From assembly GCA_964447265.1 (NCBI GenBank), contig CAYUSC010000004.1, positions 4,197 through 44,851 on the forward strand: a stretch of 40,655 bases of DNA, written 5' to 3'. Below are positions 19,439-28,944 of this stretch, piece by piece; positions within the stretch are counted from its first letter, which is position 1; each line of letters opens with the position of its first letter. Both the position numbers and the translations under genes were made by a program. Under the pieces are notes generated by a model that was not told the DNA's origin, did not search any database, and worked only from the letters and a program-made list of their open reading frames with translations. The stretch comes from an uncultured Candidatus Brevefilum sp. (GTDB lineage: Bacteria > Chloroflexota > Anaerolineae > Anaerolineales > Anaerolineaceae).

Positions 19439-20332
19439 CTATTTGAATATACCCATATTCACGACCTGGTTCAACCAGGGCAGCAGGTATTGCAATAATA
19501 ACGCTATGGCTGCGGCGCGTTCCAGCGGCCTCAACAAGGAGGTCTGAACGGCTGAGCGGTTTTCCCGATTCCGTGATCGGACGATCAGCGGAATGAGGAA
19601 CAGGGCGGTGAGCACGAGCAGGATCAGGATGACCCAAAGCGGGATGAGATTAAGTGAGATAAAGGAAATGTAACCTGAGAGTAAGCCTAATAATAGCACA
19701 ATCAGAACAAGCGCATGGCTCGTTTTGGCGTCGGTTGGGTTGATGGCTCGATCCGGGTAGGAACGGATTTTAAAGGTGCCATAGCGCAATTCAGCATAGA
19801 TTGAAATGGTCAGAACGAAGATAAACGGCCAATACCACTGCCTTATGAGGTGGTTCTGAAAGCTGAAATACCCGGTGAGGAATTGTAATCCGGCCAGCAT
19901 CAGACATTGTGTGATGAGATTCCAGAAAGCAATCGCTTTCAATTGGATGGCCCTGGCAGAGTAGAAATAGCCCAAAACCAGACATAAAAGGCCGAAAAGC
20001 AGGGGAAGCCATCCTAAAAGAGCGTAGAGGAAAATGGCGACCAGCGCGGTGGTGAAGGCGCCGAATCGGGCGATTTGTGGGGTTAGCAAGCCGGAGGCAA
20101 TTGGGTTTTGGTTCACTTTGGTGGGGGCAAGGGCGTCATCCGGGGCGTTTTCGATGTCGTTGACCATGAAAGCGAAGCCGACAGCGAGAAAATTGGCGGC
20201 CAGGACGGCCGCAAAATGCCAGGTGAAATGGCCCTTGGCGGAGGTGATGCCCAGGATCGTGGTGATGACCACAAACCAGGCATATTGATTGAAATGGGTC
20301 AGCCGCAGCAGACCCCTTAGGTTTTTTCTCAA
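19439..20332 (-). CDS. UbiA family prenyltransferase-like membrane protein (degenerate motifs)
   Basis: Multi-TM; FMVNDIENAPDD...NPIASG and YS...LK motifs. TTG start after GGAG. Confidence 0.75.
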   Translation of the reverse strand: MRKNLRGLLRLTHFNQYAWFVVITTILGITSAKGHFTWHFAAVLAANFLAVGFAFMVNDIENAPDDALAPTKVNQNPIASGLLTPQIARFGAFTTALVAIFLYALLGWLPLLFGLLCLVLGYFYSARAIQLKAIAFWNLITQCLMLAGLQFLTGYFSFQNHLIRQWYWPFIFVLTISIYAELRYGTFKIRSYPDRAINPTDAKTSHALVLIVLLLGLLSGYISFISLNLIPLWVILILLVLTALFLIPLIVRSRNRENRSAVQTSLLRPLERAAAIALLLQYLLPWLNQVVNMGIFK

Positions 20333-20451
20333 TTATCGCTCCGCAAATCGTTGTTGCTTTTGAGTATACCATTCTTAAATCTCGGGCTGAAATACCGGAT
20401 GCCCTGCCGCAAGTTGGACTATAATTTGAGCGCACATGAAAAGGAGAAAGA

Positions 20452-21594
20452 ATGGATTTTGATCAAATTATTGACCGACGGCACTCTGAGAGCGTTAAAT
20501 GGAATTGGTTTGATGAAGATGTGCTGCCCATGTGGGTCGCCGATATGGACTTTCGCTCACCGGAGCCGGTCATTTCAGCCCTGCGGGATAGGGTGGAGCA
20601 TGGCGTATTTGGCTATGGTTGGCCGCCGGATGGTTTGAAGGAAGCCATTCAGGCTCACTTGCTAAGGCGGCATGCCTGGGAAGTGGCCGAAGAGGAGATC
20701 AATTTCATTTCGGGAGTCGTTACGGGTTTTAACCATGCCATTTACAGCCTGACGGAGCCGGGGGATAAGGTGTTGATCCAGACCCCTGTCTATCCGCCGT
20801 TTCTGTCAGCGCCGGAACAGGCCGGTCGCGAAAGGGTGATCAACCCTCTGGTTCGCCTGCCGGATGGCAGATATGAGATTGACTTTGAGGATTTTGAGGC
20901 AAAGGCTGCCTCCGGTGTGAAGCTCTTCATTCTTTGCAGCCCGCATAATCCCGTGGGGCGGGTTTTCACCCGCGAAGAACTGACCCGGATGGCGGAGATC
21001 TGCCTGGCGCATGACGTCCTGATTTGCTCGGATGAGATCCATGCGGATCTGGTTTTCAGTGAAACGAAACATATCCCGATTGCCAGCCTGTCAGCGGAAA
21101 TTGCCGCGCACACGGTGACTTATTTTGCGCCGAGTAAGACCTTCAACGTGGCTGGTCTCTCAACATCCGTTTATGTGACTCAAAGTGAAGCATTGCGGGA
21201 TCGGCTGCAGCATTCGATGGCGATGCTGCTGGGACATCCGAATATCTTTGGCACCCGGGCTGCCCTCGCCGCCTATCGGGACAGTCAGGATTGGCTGGAT
21301 GAGCTATTGGTCTATCTTGAAGGAAATCGGGATTTCCTGGTGGAATATGTCCGTTCGGAAATGCCCGGGGTTTCCATCTGGAAGCCTGAAGGAACTTTTC
21401 TGGCCTGGCTGGATTGTCGGGGATTGGATTTGGAGACCTCTCCGCAAAAATTCTTCCTGGAAAAAGCCAAAGTGGGTTTAAACGACGGCGCGGATTTTGG
21501 CGAAGGAGGAGAGGGGTTTGTGCGGCTGAACTTCGGTTGTCCGAGAACCATGTTGACCGAAGGGCTGGCACGGATGCGGAAAGCGCTCTCATAG
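20452..21594 (+). CDS. patB: MalY/PatB family PLP enzyme (cystathionine beta-lyase/C-S lyase)
   Basis: SVKW, LPMWVADMDF, CSPHNPVG, SDEIH, APSKTFN and RLNFGC. SD AAGGAG with TATAAT upstream. Confidence 0.9.
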   Translation: MDFDQIIDRRHSESVKWNWFDEDVLPMWVADMDFRSPEPVISALRDRVEHGVFGYGWPPDGLKEAIQAHLLRRHAWEVAEEEINFISGVVTGFNHAIYSLTEPGDKVLIQTPVYPPFLSAPEQAGRERVINPLVRLPDGRYEIDFEDFEAKAASGVKLFILCSPHNPVGRVFTREELTRMAEICLAHDVLICSDEIHADLVFSETKHIPIASLSAEIAAHTVTYFAPSKTFNVAGLSTSVYVTQSEALRDRLQHSMAMLLGHPNIFGTRAALAAYRDSQDWLDELLVYLEGNRDFLVEYVRSEMPGVSIWKPEGTFLAWLDCRGLDLETSPQKFFLEKAKVGLNDGADFGEGGEGFVRLNFGCPRTMLTEGLARMRKALS

Positions 21595-21605
21595 ACTTAA
21601 CTAGA

Positions 21606-21632
21606 AATCGGGTCGCAATTTGCGACCCGATT
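21606..21632. terminator. Palindromic hairpin between convergent patB and csp
   Basis: AATCGGGTCGCAA-t-TTGCGACCCGATT, perfect 13-bp arms. Confidence 0.6.
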
Positions 21633-21693
21633 GTATTTTGAAGATATTTGATCTTCCCGTTATTTACTGAACGGTTTTGGTGACGTTGCCCGT

Positions 21694-21933
21694 TCAGGCC
21701 TCAGATTCGACACCTTCTTCATTGACCAGGGTAACATTCGCTGCCTGGAGGCCTTTGGGGCCGTCTTCAATGGAGAATTCAACTTCCTGACCTTCCTTCA
21801 ACCGTTTGTATCCCTCCATCTGGATTGCCGAGAAATGTACGAAGACATCGTCTTCACCATCATTCCGACCAATGAAACCATACCCCTTTGGGGCACTGAA
21901 CCATTTGACGGTTCCGACATAACGTTCTGACAT
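21694..21933 (-). CDS. Cold-shock protein
   Basis: GTVKWF, KGYGFI (RNP1), DVFVHFSAI (RNP2) and [10 protein letters not shown]. Confidence 0.96.
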   Translation of the reverse strand: MSERYVGTVKWFSAPKGYGFIGRNDGEDDVFVHFSAIQMEGYKRLKEGQEVEFSIEDGPKGLQAANVTLVNEEGVESEA

Positions 21934-22000
21934 GCTGATACTCCATCTTTCTAGGATTTTTTAATGTTCGCCGCATCCACATTTTTTAAGATGCTTGCTT

Positions 22001-22029
22001 AATATAATCCCATTGAAAGTCAGTGTCAA
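22001..22029 (-). promoter_or_regulatory. Sigma70-type promoter of csp
   Basis: Minus strand TTGACA (22029-22024), 17 nt, TATATT (22006-22001). Confidence 0.65.
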
Positions 22030-22144
22030 GCCGGGGCGATTTTTGGCGTGGATTTAGCGTGCTGGGATGGTTTACGTTTCAATGTTAGAATTAAAGCGAG
22101 GGTGGAAAAATATCATTGGAATATGCTGAAATCTCGGAGGCCAA

Positions 22145-22990
22145 ATGAGCAAGTTCACCGATCAGGATTATTTGAAGGACGAACAATATCATTCACCTGA
22201 TAACCTAAACTTCAGGATCGCGCTCCATGAACTTTACAGCACGGCGAAAGTGCCCTGGACAACCTGGGTCTATGAACATTTGGGGGTTGCGGAGAACCTT
22301 GATATGCTGGCTGTGGGCTGCGGCAATGCAACCCAATGGCGGGATAACGCCTCACGTTTCCCGGATTCCGACCGCTTCATCCTGATGGACCTTTCCATTG
22401 GCATGCTCCGCGGTGGGCGGAGGGAAATTGGCGATGAAGATTCCCGGTTCAATTATTTCAGCGGCGATGCCCAATACCTGCCATTTGGCGATGCCCAATT
22501 TGACCGGGTGACGGCCAATCACATGCTTTACCACGTCCCGACCATTGACCTGGCGGTGGCGGAGTGCGCCCGGGTGCTCAAGCCCGATGGACTGTTCATG
22601 GCGGCCACCAATGGCGCCACCCATATGGTGGATCTCTATCATTTATTTGAGGAATTTGAGCCGGGATTCCGGATCCCCGATAGCGACCGGCGGCGGTTCA
22701 GCCTGCAGAACGGGCAGGATTATCTGGGTTCCGAATTTGCCGAGGTTCGGATGGACCTTTATCCATCCGACTTATGGGTGACGGACGGGCAAGCGCTGGT
22801 CAATTACGCGTTTTCAATGTGGGATGTGGAGGATGACATCACCAATCAGAAAGCGGCTGAGATGCTGGCGTTCTTTAACCAAAGAATTGAAAAGGATGGG
22901 GGAATCAGGATCAGGAAAGAGACCGGCGTCTTCCTTGCCAGTCACCTGCCCGGGCTGATCGATTCACTCGGGATTTTGCAGGCAGAGTAG
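22145..22990 (+). CDS. Class I SAM-dependent methyltransferase
   Basis: VGCG, DLSIGM, GDAQYLPF, FD.V.ANHMLYHVP and RVLKPDG. SD GGAGG. Confidence 0.85.
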   Translation: MSKFTDQDYLKDEQYHSPDNLNFRIALHELYSTAKVPWTTWVYEHLGVAENLDMLAVGCGNATQWRDNASRFPDSDRFILMDLSIGMLRGGRREIGDEDSRFNYFSGDAQYLPFGDAQFDRVTANHMLYHVPTIDLAVAECARVLKPDGLFMAATNGATHMVDLYHLFEEFEPGFRIPDSDRRRFSLQNGQDYLGSEFAEVRMDLYPSDLWVTDGQALVNYAFSMWDVEDDITNQKAAEMLAFFNQRIEKDGGIRIRKETGVFLASHLPGLIDSLGILQAE

Positions 22991-23701
22991 GAGCTGTTTT
23001 AGCCCGCCTTCGGGTTCACCCGCCGTTACGGCCAGGACGTAGAAGGTTGGGTCCTGCGTCAAACCGGTCACCACGAGGGTGCGAAACCCAGCCGGAACCT
23101 GGCTTGCCAGGGTGTAGCCCAAACCGTAAGGATTGGCTGCGAGCAGGGCTGCCAGCCCTTCTGCGGAAGAATAGCGCTGGACGGAACCGGTGATGGTTTT
23201 TCCATCCAGATAGGCTTGGCTGAACAGGTCTTCCAGTTCGTTTCCCTGAGGATAGCTGAAGAGAGTCAGGGATTGATTTGTTCCCGCACCGTTCTCCACC
23301 TCCGGCACCTCGGACCAAAACGTCCAATCTCCGGCATAAATGGATTGCAAGGATTCCAGTGAAAGTACATCCAGCGGCACCAGATCTCCCGCGACAAGCA
23401 CCAGGCTTTCCGTGCCCATCACGGCGGTATAAGGATCATTCGCCTGGCGTTGGCCGAGGCGCAGGATCAGGTCGGCGGTGTCAAGGCTGAGGGCGGAAAG
23501 CTCAACGATTTCACTGGCGATACCCAGGTTGGGAATCGCGGCCGCGCAATCCGCTGCTCGGGGCAGCCAGTGCGCCAGGGCGGATGTGGTCTGCATATGC
23601 ACCACTTCCAGCGCGGTTTCATCGCCGGCAAAGGTGTTGCACCCGGCGAGCAGGCCTATCAGCAGGGCGAGCGTCAGCCCAAACCAGACAAGCTTTTTCA
23701 T
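22964..23701 (-). CDS. Lipoprotein with periplasmic-binding (PstS/PBP2-like) features
   Basis: Lipobox LAGC. LSLESLQSIYAGDWTFWSEV resembles the PstS-type LT..QL..IY.G.I..W motif. Confidence 0.6.
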   Translation of the reverse strand: MKKLVWFGLTLALLIGLLAGCNTFAGDETALEVVHMQTTSALAHWLPRAADCAAAIPNLGIASEIVELSALSLDTADLILRLGQRQANDPYTAVMGTESLVLVAGDLVPLDVLSLESLQSIYAGDWTFWSEVPEVENGAGTNQSLTLFSYPQGNELEDLFSQAYLDGKTITGSVQRYSSAEGLAALLAANPYGLGYTLASQVPAGFRTLVVTGLTQDPTFYVLAVTAGEPEGGLKQLLLCLQNPE

Positions 23702-23705
23702 TGGG

Positions 23706-24530
23706 TTACCGCAGCCATCCCATCAGGATGATGAAACTGCCCAAGGCCGCGCAGTAAATGGAAAAATAGACCAGTGAGTGGTTGACCAGGAATTTGAGCA
23801 GCCAGCGGATCGAGATATAGCCCACGACCATCGCTGTCAGGAAGCCGACAGCCATAAAGGGCAGGAAGGACGCCAGATCGGGCACTTCGGTGATCATCTG
23901 ATAGGTGGAAAGCCCACCTGCCGCCAGCATGATTGGGATTGACATCAGGAAGGAAAATTTCCCGGCCGCTTCACGTTTCAGGTTGCGGTACATGCCGCCC
24001 GATATGGTGGACCCGGAGCGGGACACGCCGGGGAGCAGGGCGAGAACCTGCATCAGGCCCATGACCAGTGCCGTACCAAAATTGACATCTTTCAGGTCGC
24101 CCATCTGTTTGCTGACCTTTTCGGCCACCAGCATCATCAGGGCGGTGACCAGCAAGGCGATCCCGGCCGCCAGCGGTGAAGCAAAAGCCTGTTCGACCAG
24201 ATCGTTCAGGAAGATCCCAGCCAGCCCGGCGGGGATGGTGGCGACGATCAAGAGCCAGCCCATCCGAGCTTCATGCGTGCTGAAAGGTTTACCTGCAAAA
24301 AGGGCCTGAAAGAAGCCCTTGATGATGTCTATCAGGTCTTTCCAGAAATAAACGATCACGGCTGCCAGGGTGCCCAATTGAACCAGGATGTCGAAAACGA
24401 ACATCTCCTTGGCGGGCAGGTCCCAATTGAGGATAAAGGGCAGGGCAACCAGGTGCCCGGAACTGGAAATCGGGAGGAATTCGGTCAACCCCTGAACGAT
24501 GCCAAGGATGATAGCCTGAATAAGGGTCAT
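23706..24530 (-). CDS. uppP: Undecaprenyl-diphosphatase BacA/UppP
   Basis: QGLTEFLPISSSGH, PGVSRSGST and FSFLMSIP. Confidence 0.96.
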   Translation of the reverse strand: MTLIQAIILGIVQGLTEFLPISSSGHLVALPFILNWDLPAKEMFVFDILVQLGTLAAVIVYFWKDLIDIIKGFFQALFAGKPFSTHEARMGWLLIVATIPAGLAGIFLNDLVEQAFASPLAAGIALLVTALMMLVAEKVSKQMGDLKDVNFGTALVMGLMQVLALLPGVSRSGSTISGGMYRNLKREAAGKFSFLMSIPIMLAAGGLSTYQMITEVPDLASFLPFMAVGFLTAMVVGYISIRWLLKFLVNHSLVYFSIYCAALGSFIILMGWLR

Positions 24531-24545
24531 GGGAGACTCCTGTGA

Positions 24546-25655
24546 TTAGTCGAAATTGGCTAGGTAATTATATGCAAATTCGTCAAAGTGCCCATCGAGA
24601 ATTGCCTGGCGCATCCGACGGACAAGGGACAGCAACGTGTGAATATTGTGAATGGAGATCAGCGTGCCAGCCAGCATCTCTTTGGCCTGGATCAGGTGCC
24701 GGATATAGGCGCGGGAGAAATTCTGGCAGGTGTAACATTCGCAGGTCTCGCTGATGGGATGCTCATCCCGGGCAAATTTGGCGTTCATCATATTCATGCG
24801 GCCGGAATCGGTCATCGCGGCGCTGTGCCGGGCCAGACGGGTGGGGAGGACGCAGTCGAAGATATCCACGCCCCGCCGGACGCCTTCCACCAGGTCCTGC
24901 GGCGTGCCGACCCCCATCAGGTAACGGGGCTTATTCTCCGGCAGGATCTGATCCACGATTTCCAGCATGGCGTGCATTTCCGGTTTGGTTTCGCCAACTG
25001 AAAGGCCGCCGATGGCGTTTCCGGGAAGGTCAAGGGAGGAGATGAACTCGGCGGATTGTTCCCGCAATTCGGGGAAAATGCCGCCCTGGACGATCCCAAA
25101 CAGGGCCTGGTCATCCCGGGTCTGGGCGGCTTTGCAGCGTTCGGCCCAACGATGCGTGCGATGCATGGCGCTTTCGATGTAATCCCGGTCATAGGGGTCG
25201 GCGCATTCGTCAAAGGCCATGATGATGTCCGAACCGAGGTTTTCCTGAATGGCGATGGAGCGCTCCGGCGTGAAGCGATGGGTCGCGCCATCCAGATGGC
25301 TCTTGAAGGTCACACCATCCTCATCGACCTTGCGCATGTCGGAGAGCGAGAAGACCTGGAAGCCGCCCGAATCGGTCAGGATCGGCCGATCCCAGGACAT
25401 GAACTTGTGCAGCCCGCCCATTTCGGCGATCAATTCATCTCCCGGTCGCAGGAAGAGGTGATAGGTGTTGGAGAGGATCAGCTTGGCATCCAGCTCTTTC
25501 AGTTGGCGCTGGGTGAGAGATTTCACGGTCGCTTGCGTGCCCACCGGGGCAAAGATCGGCGTGGGAATGTCACCGTGAGGGGTATGAAAAACACCCACCC
25601 GGGCGCGGCCATCCTGAGCAATCAGATCGTAATGGAACTTTGAATTTTCCGTCAT
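24546..25655 (-). CDS. tgt: tRNA-guanine transglycosylase
   Basis: NTYHL, TDSGGFQVFSL, FDEC, GIVQGG, GGLSVGE, YLMGVG, FDCV and Zn site CECYTC..H. Confidence 0.97.
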   Translation of the reverse strand: MTENSKFHYDLIAQDGRARVGVFHTPHGDIPTPIFAPVGTQATVKSLTQRQLKELDAKLILSNTYHLFLRPGDELIAEMGGLHKFMSWDRPILTDSGGFQVFSLSDMRKVDEDGVTFKSHLDGATHRFTPERSIAIQENLGSDIIMAFDECADPYDRDYIESAMHRTHRWAERCKAAQTRDDQALFGIVQGGIFPELREQSAEFISSLDLPGNAIGGLSVGETKPEMHAMLEIVDQILPENKPRYLMGVGTPQDLVEGVRRGVDIFDCVLPTRLARHSAAMTDSGRMNMMNAKFARDEHPISETCECYTCQNFSRAYIRHLIQAKEMLAGTLISIHNIHTLLSLVRRMRQAILDGHFDEFAYNYLANFD

Positions 25656-25746
25656 TATTGTTTGATTTCTTTTCTAAAAAGTCAAATTGGAACTTTTGAT
25701 TGTAGATTATACCGTAGGTAACCACTTTGAGAATTGGGCGGGAACC

Positions 25747-25775
25747 TTGAAAGGATGGGCAAGGGGGGCTATACT
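25747..25775 (+). promoter_or_regulatory. Sigma70-type promoter of alr (leaderless geometry)
   Basis: TTGAAA (25747-25752), 17 nt, TATACT (25770-25775); ATG follows 7 nt later. Confidence 0.6.
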
Positions 25776-25782
25776 ACACCCC

Positions 25783-26898
25783 ATGGAAACGCAAGTCTAT
25801 TCGACCTGGCTGGAAATCGACCTGGACGCCATCCGGAACAATGTTCGGGCCGTCCGAAGCCGGACCAACACCAATGTTATGGCTGTGATCAAAGCCAATG
25901 GCTATGGACACGGCGCGCTGCAGGTGGCCCGGGCCGCAACCGAAGCCGGCGCAACCTGGTGCGGCGTGGCTCGCATGGAGGAAGCGTTGACCCTGCGGGA
26001 TCAGGGTATTACCTCCGAGTTGATGGTGCTGGGTTATACGCCTCCGGCGCTGATCCCGGACGCCATCGCCCAGAACATCCATGTAGCCGTTTATGATCCC
26101 CAGATGGCGGAAGCTTATTTGCCTTTTGCCAAAGGTGCGGCCGGACGATTGAAAGTCCATGTGAAGGTTGAGACCGGCATGGGACGCCTGGGAATGGTGC
26201 CCCGGAAAGCCGAAGAATTCCTGGCAGCCTATCACAATAATCCCTATCTGGACATTGATGGGATCTTCACCCATTTTGCCAAAGCTGATGAACCGGATGA
26301 GGACACCACGCTGGTTCAGCTTTCCCGGTTCATCACTTTGCTGGAAGACCTGCGCAGGGGTGGGCTGCTTCCAAAAACCGTCCATATCGGCAACTCGGCA
26401 GCGATCATCAACTTTCCCCAGGCTTATTTTGATCTGGTCCGGCCAGGGATCGCCATTTACGGCCTGAACCCCTCACCCGATACGCCGCTCACCGATGATT
26501 TCAGGCCTGCACTGGCCTGGAAAGCCCGGCTGACCTCCCTTCGGACCCTGCCGGCGGGTCATGGCGTGAGCTATGGACATAAATACGTCACCAGTGGGGA
26601 CGAACGGATTGGTGTGATCCCGGTGGGGTATGGTGACGGTTTCCGGCGCGTACCCGGACAGCAGGCGTTAGTGCGCGGCCAGCGAGTCAACGTGGTCGGC
26701 CAGGTCTGCATGGATCAGTGCATGCTCCAATTGGACTCCATCCCCGATGCACAGGTCGGCGATGAGGTGGTGCTGCTGGGTTCCCAGGGCAATCACCGGA
26801 TCACCGCCGACGACCTGGCGAAGCAATGGGGCACGATTAATTATGAAGTGGTCTGCGGCCTCGCAGACCGTTTACCAAGGATCTATCTCAACGCATGA
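25783..26898 (+). CDS. alr: Alanine racemase
   Basis: AVIKANGYGHG (PLP Lys), ETGMGRLG, THFA, VRPGI, VSYG, GYGDG, CMDQ and TINYE. Start ATG 25783. Confidence 0.95.
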   Translation: METQVYSTWLEIDLDAIRNNVRAVRSRTNTNVMAVIKANGYGHGALQVARAATEAGATWCGVARMEEALTLRDQGITSELMVLGYTPPALIPDAIAQNIHVAVYDPQMAEAYLPFAKGAAGRLKVHVKVETGMGRLGMVPRKAEEFLAAYHNNPYLDIDGIFTHFAKADEPDEDTTLVQLSRFITLLEDLRRGGLLPKTVHIGNSAAIINFPQAYFDLVRPGIAIYGLNPSPDTPLTDDFRPALAWKARLTSLRTLPAGHGVSYGHKYVTSGDERIGVIPVGYGDGFRRVPGQQALVRGQRVNVVGQVCMDQCMLQLDSIPDAQVGDEVVLLGSQGNHRITADDLAKQWGTINYEVVCGLADRLPRIYLNA

Positions 26899-27566
26899 AA
26901 ACATCACAACCTACCGTGCAGGTTGAACTGCACCTTCATTCCTGTTATTCACATGATAGCCTGATGCCGCTGGAAAAGATGATTGAGCGGGCGCGGGAAA
27001 TCGGCCTCGACCATCTGGCGGTGACCGATCATAATGTGCTCGAAGGCGCACTGGCTGCCAAGAAACTTGCACCCGATCTGATTATTGTGGCTGAGGAAAT
27101 TCAGACGACCCGCGGAGAATTCCTGGGTTATTTCATGACCGAGGTGGTTCCGGAAGGACTTACCCCAAAAGAGACCATTGAGCGGCTGAAAGCGCAGGGT
27201 GCGGTGATCAGTGTGGCCCATCCCTTTGATAGCCGGGGCAATGAACCCTGGGGTTGGGATGAATTGGCTGAATTTGCGCCGGACCTGGATGCGGTGGAGG
27301 TATTTAATGCCCGCTGCCTGACGCGGGATATCAATGATAAGGCGAAAGCCTTTGCTGAGGCATTTGGCCTTGCCTGCGCGGCTGGTTCGGATGCCCATTC
27401 GATTGGCGAAATCGGTACAGCTACTCTTAAACTGCCTGCTTTCCAGACAGCGGATGAATTTCGGGAAGCCCTCAAAACCGCTGAGGTCAACGGCCGATTG
27501 TCCTCACCCACGGTCCGTTTAATCTCCCGGCATGCTGAAATGTTGAAGAAAATCCAGCATTCCTGA
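26895..27566 (+). CDS. PHP domain metal-dependent phosphoesterase
   Basis: LHLHS..SHDS, TDHN, AHP, EVFN and GSDAH. ATGA overlap with alr. Confidence 0.88.
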   Translation: MKTSQPTVQVELHLHSCYSHDSLMPLEKMIERAREIGLDHLAVTDHNVLEGALAAKKLAPDLIIVAEEIQTTRGEFLGYFMTEVVPEGLTPKETIERLKAQGAVISVAHPFDSRGNEPWGWDELAEFAPDLDAVEVFNARCLTRDINDKAKAFAEAFGLACAAGSDAHSIGEIGTATLKLPAFQTADEFREALKTAEVNGRLSSPTVRLISRHAEMLKKIQHS

Positions 27567-27588
27567 GTTTGGTACTGAATAATTAAAT

Positions 27589-27617
27589 AAAAACCAGCCA
27601 TCTCGGCTGGTTTTTTT
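27589..27617. terminator. Bidirectional intrinsic terminator
   Basis: AAAAACCAGCC-atctc-GGCTGGTTTTTTT between the convergent PHP gene and rpiB. Confidence 0.8.
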
Positions 27618-27636
27618 ATCTCAGAAAATAGAACAA

Positions 27637-28098
27637 TCAGGGGATCTCGGTGATGTCCTTACCCTCATCAATATCGGCGATCATTTTCACCCGGATGGCA
27701 TGGCGGTCGCCCTCAAAATCGTGATCGAGGAAGGAATCCACAATATCCTGAGCCAATCCGGGGCCTACCACCCGAGCGCCAAAGGACAATACATTGGCGT
27801 TATTGTGCTGGCGGGCCATTCGGGCGGAGTAGGTGTCGCTGACGATTGCAGCCCGGATGCCTTTGACCTTGCCGGCGGATATCCCGATGCCGATCCCGGT
27901 GCCGCAGATTGTGATTCCCAGGTCCGCCTCGCCGTTCGCAACGGCCTTGCCAACCCGCTGACCATAGATCGGATAATGGGTCCGTTCGGCAGAGTTGGTG
28001 CCGACATCCATGACCTCAATGCCCCGATCTTCGAGGTGCTGAATGATGAATTGTTTCATATCGTAAGCAGCATGGTCGCTGCCGATCGCAATTTTCAT
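27637..28098 (-). CDS. rpiB: Ribose-5-phosphate isomerase B
   Basis: IGSDHA, CGTGIG, ARQHNNANVL and FEGDRH..R. SD AAGGAG. Confidence 0.93.
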   Translation of the reverse strand: MKIAIGSDHAAYDMKQFIIQHLEDRGIEVMDVGTNSAERTHYPIYGQRVGKAVANGEADLGITICGTGIGIGISAGKVKGIRAAIVSDTYSARMARQHNNANVLSFGARVVGPGLAQDIVDSFLDHDFEGDRHAIRVKMIADIDEGKDITEIP

Positions 28099-28142
28099 AT
28101 TTGCTCCTTTACGCTGTTTTTTGATACCTGAATCATAGCATT

Positions 28143-28177
28143 AAAAACCGCTTTGAGAGGTAGTTCAAAGCGGTTTT
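28143..28177 (-). terminator. Intrinsic terminator of the amino-acid ABC operon
   Basis: 13-bp stem AAAACCGCTTTGA/TCAAAGCGGTTTT about 22 nt after the ATPase stop. An extended -10 (TGCTATGAT, 28140-28132) for rpiB follows. Confidence 0.7.
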
Positions 28178-28199
28178 CTGATGATTTATTGGTACTTTC

Positions 28200-28943
28200 T
28201 CAAAGGATCTTGCTGAGGAAGGCCTTGGTGCGTTCCTGGGTGGGGTTGCTGAAGAGGACATCCGGGACGGCCTCCTCGACGATCAGGCCGCCATCCATCA
28301 GCACAGCCCGGTCAGCGGCCGCGCGGGCAAAACCCATTTCATGCGAGACGACAACCATCGTCATGCCCTCTTTGGCAAGCTGGAGCATGACATCCAGCAC
28401 TTCCTGGATCATTTCCGGATCCAGCGCGCTGGTGGGCTCATCAAAGAGCATGATCTTGGGATTCATCGCCAATGCCCGGGCAATAGCGACCCGCTGCTGT
28501 TGGCCGCCGGAGAGCTGGCCGGGGAAATCGTTCTCCTTTTCGGGGATGCCAACTTTTGCCAGCAGGTTCCGGCCGATTTCAATCGCTTCTTCGGGGCTGC
28601 GTTTACGCACGACCTTCTGCGCAAGGGTCAAATTCTCCAGCACGGTCAGGTGGGGGAAGAGATTGAAGGATTGGAAGACCATGCCAACTTCAGTGCGGAT
28701 GGCGTTAATGTTTTCAGCAGTGGTCAGGGGAATGTCATCCACAATCACGGAGCCGGATTGGAAATCCTCCAGGCGATTGATGCAGCGCAGCAGGGTGGAT
28801 TTACCCGAGCCGGAAGGCCCTATGATCAGAACGACTTCACCGGGATAGACATCCAGGCTGACTCCGTTCAGCGCAGCGGTCTCACCAAAGTGTTTGTGCA
28901 GGTTATTAACTTGAATGATGGGGGTGGGGGTGGAAGAAGTCAT
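28200..28943 (-). CDS. Polar amino-acid ABC transporter ATP-binding protein (GlnQ/HisP type)
   Basis: [35 protein letters not shown] and [13 protein letters not shown] 28943 after GGAGG. Confidence 0.93.
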   Translation of the reverse strand: MTSSTPTPIIQVNNLHKHFGETAALNGVSLDVYPGEVVLIIGPSGSGKSTLLRCINRLEDFQSGSVIVDDIPLTTAENINAIRTEVGMVFQSFNLFPHLTVLENLTLAQKVVRKRSPEEAIEIGRNLLAKVGIPEKENDFPGQLSGGQQQRVAIARALAMNPKIMLFDEPTSALDPEMIQEVLDVMLQLAKEGMTMVVVSHEMGFARAAADRAVLMDGGLIVEEAVPDVLFSNPTQERTKAFLSKIL

Positions 28944-28944
28944 T

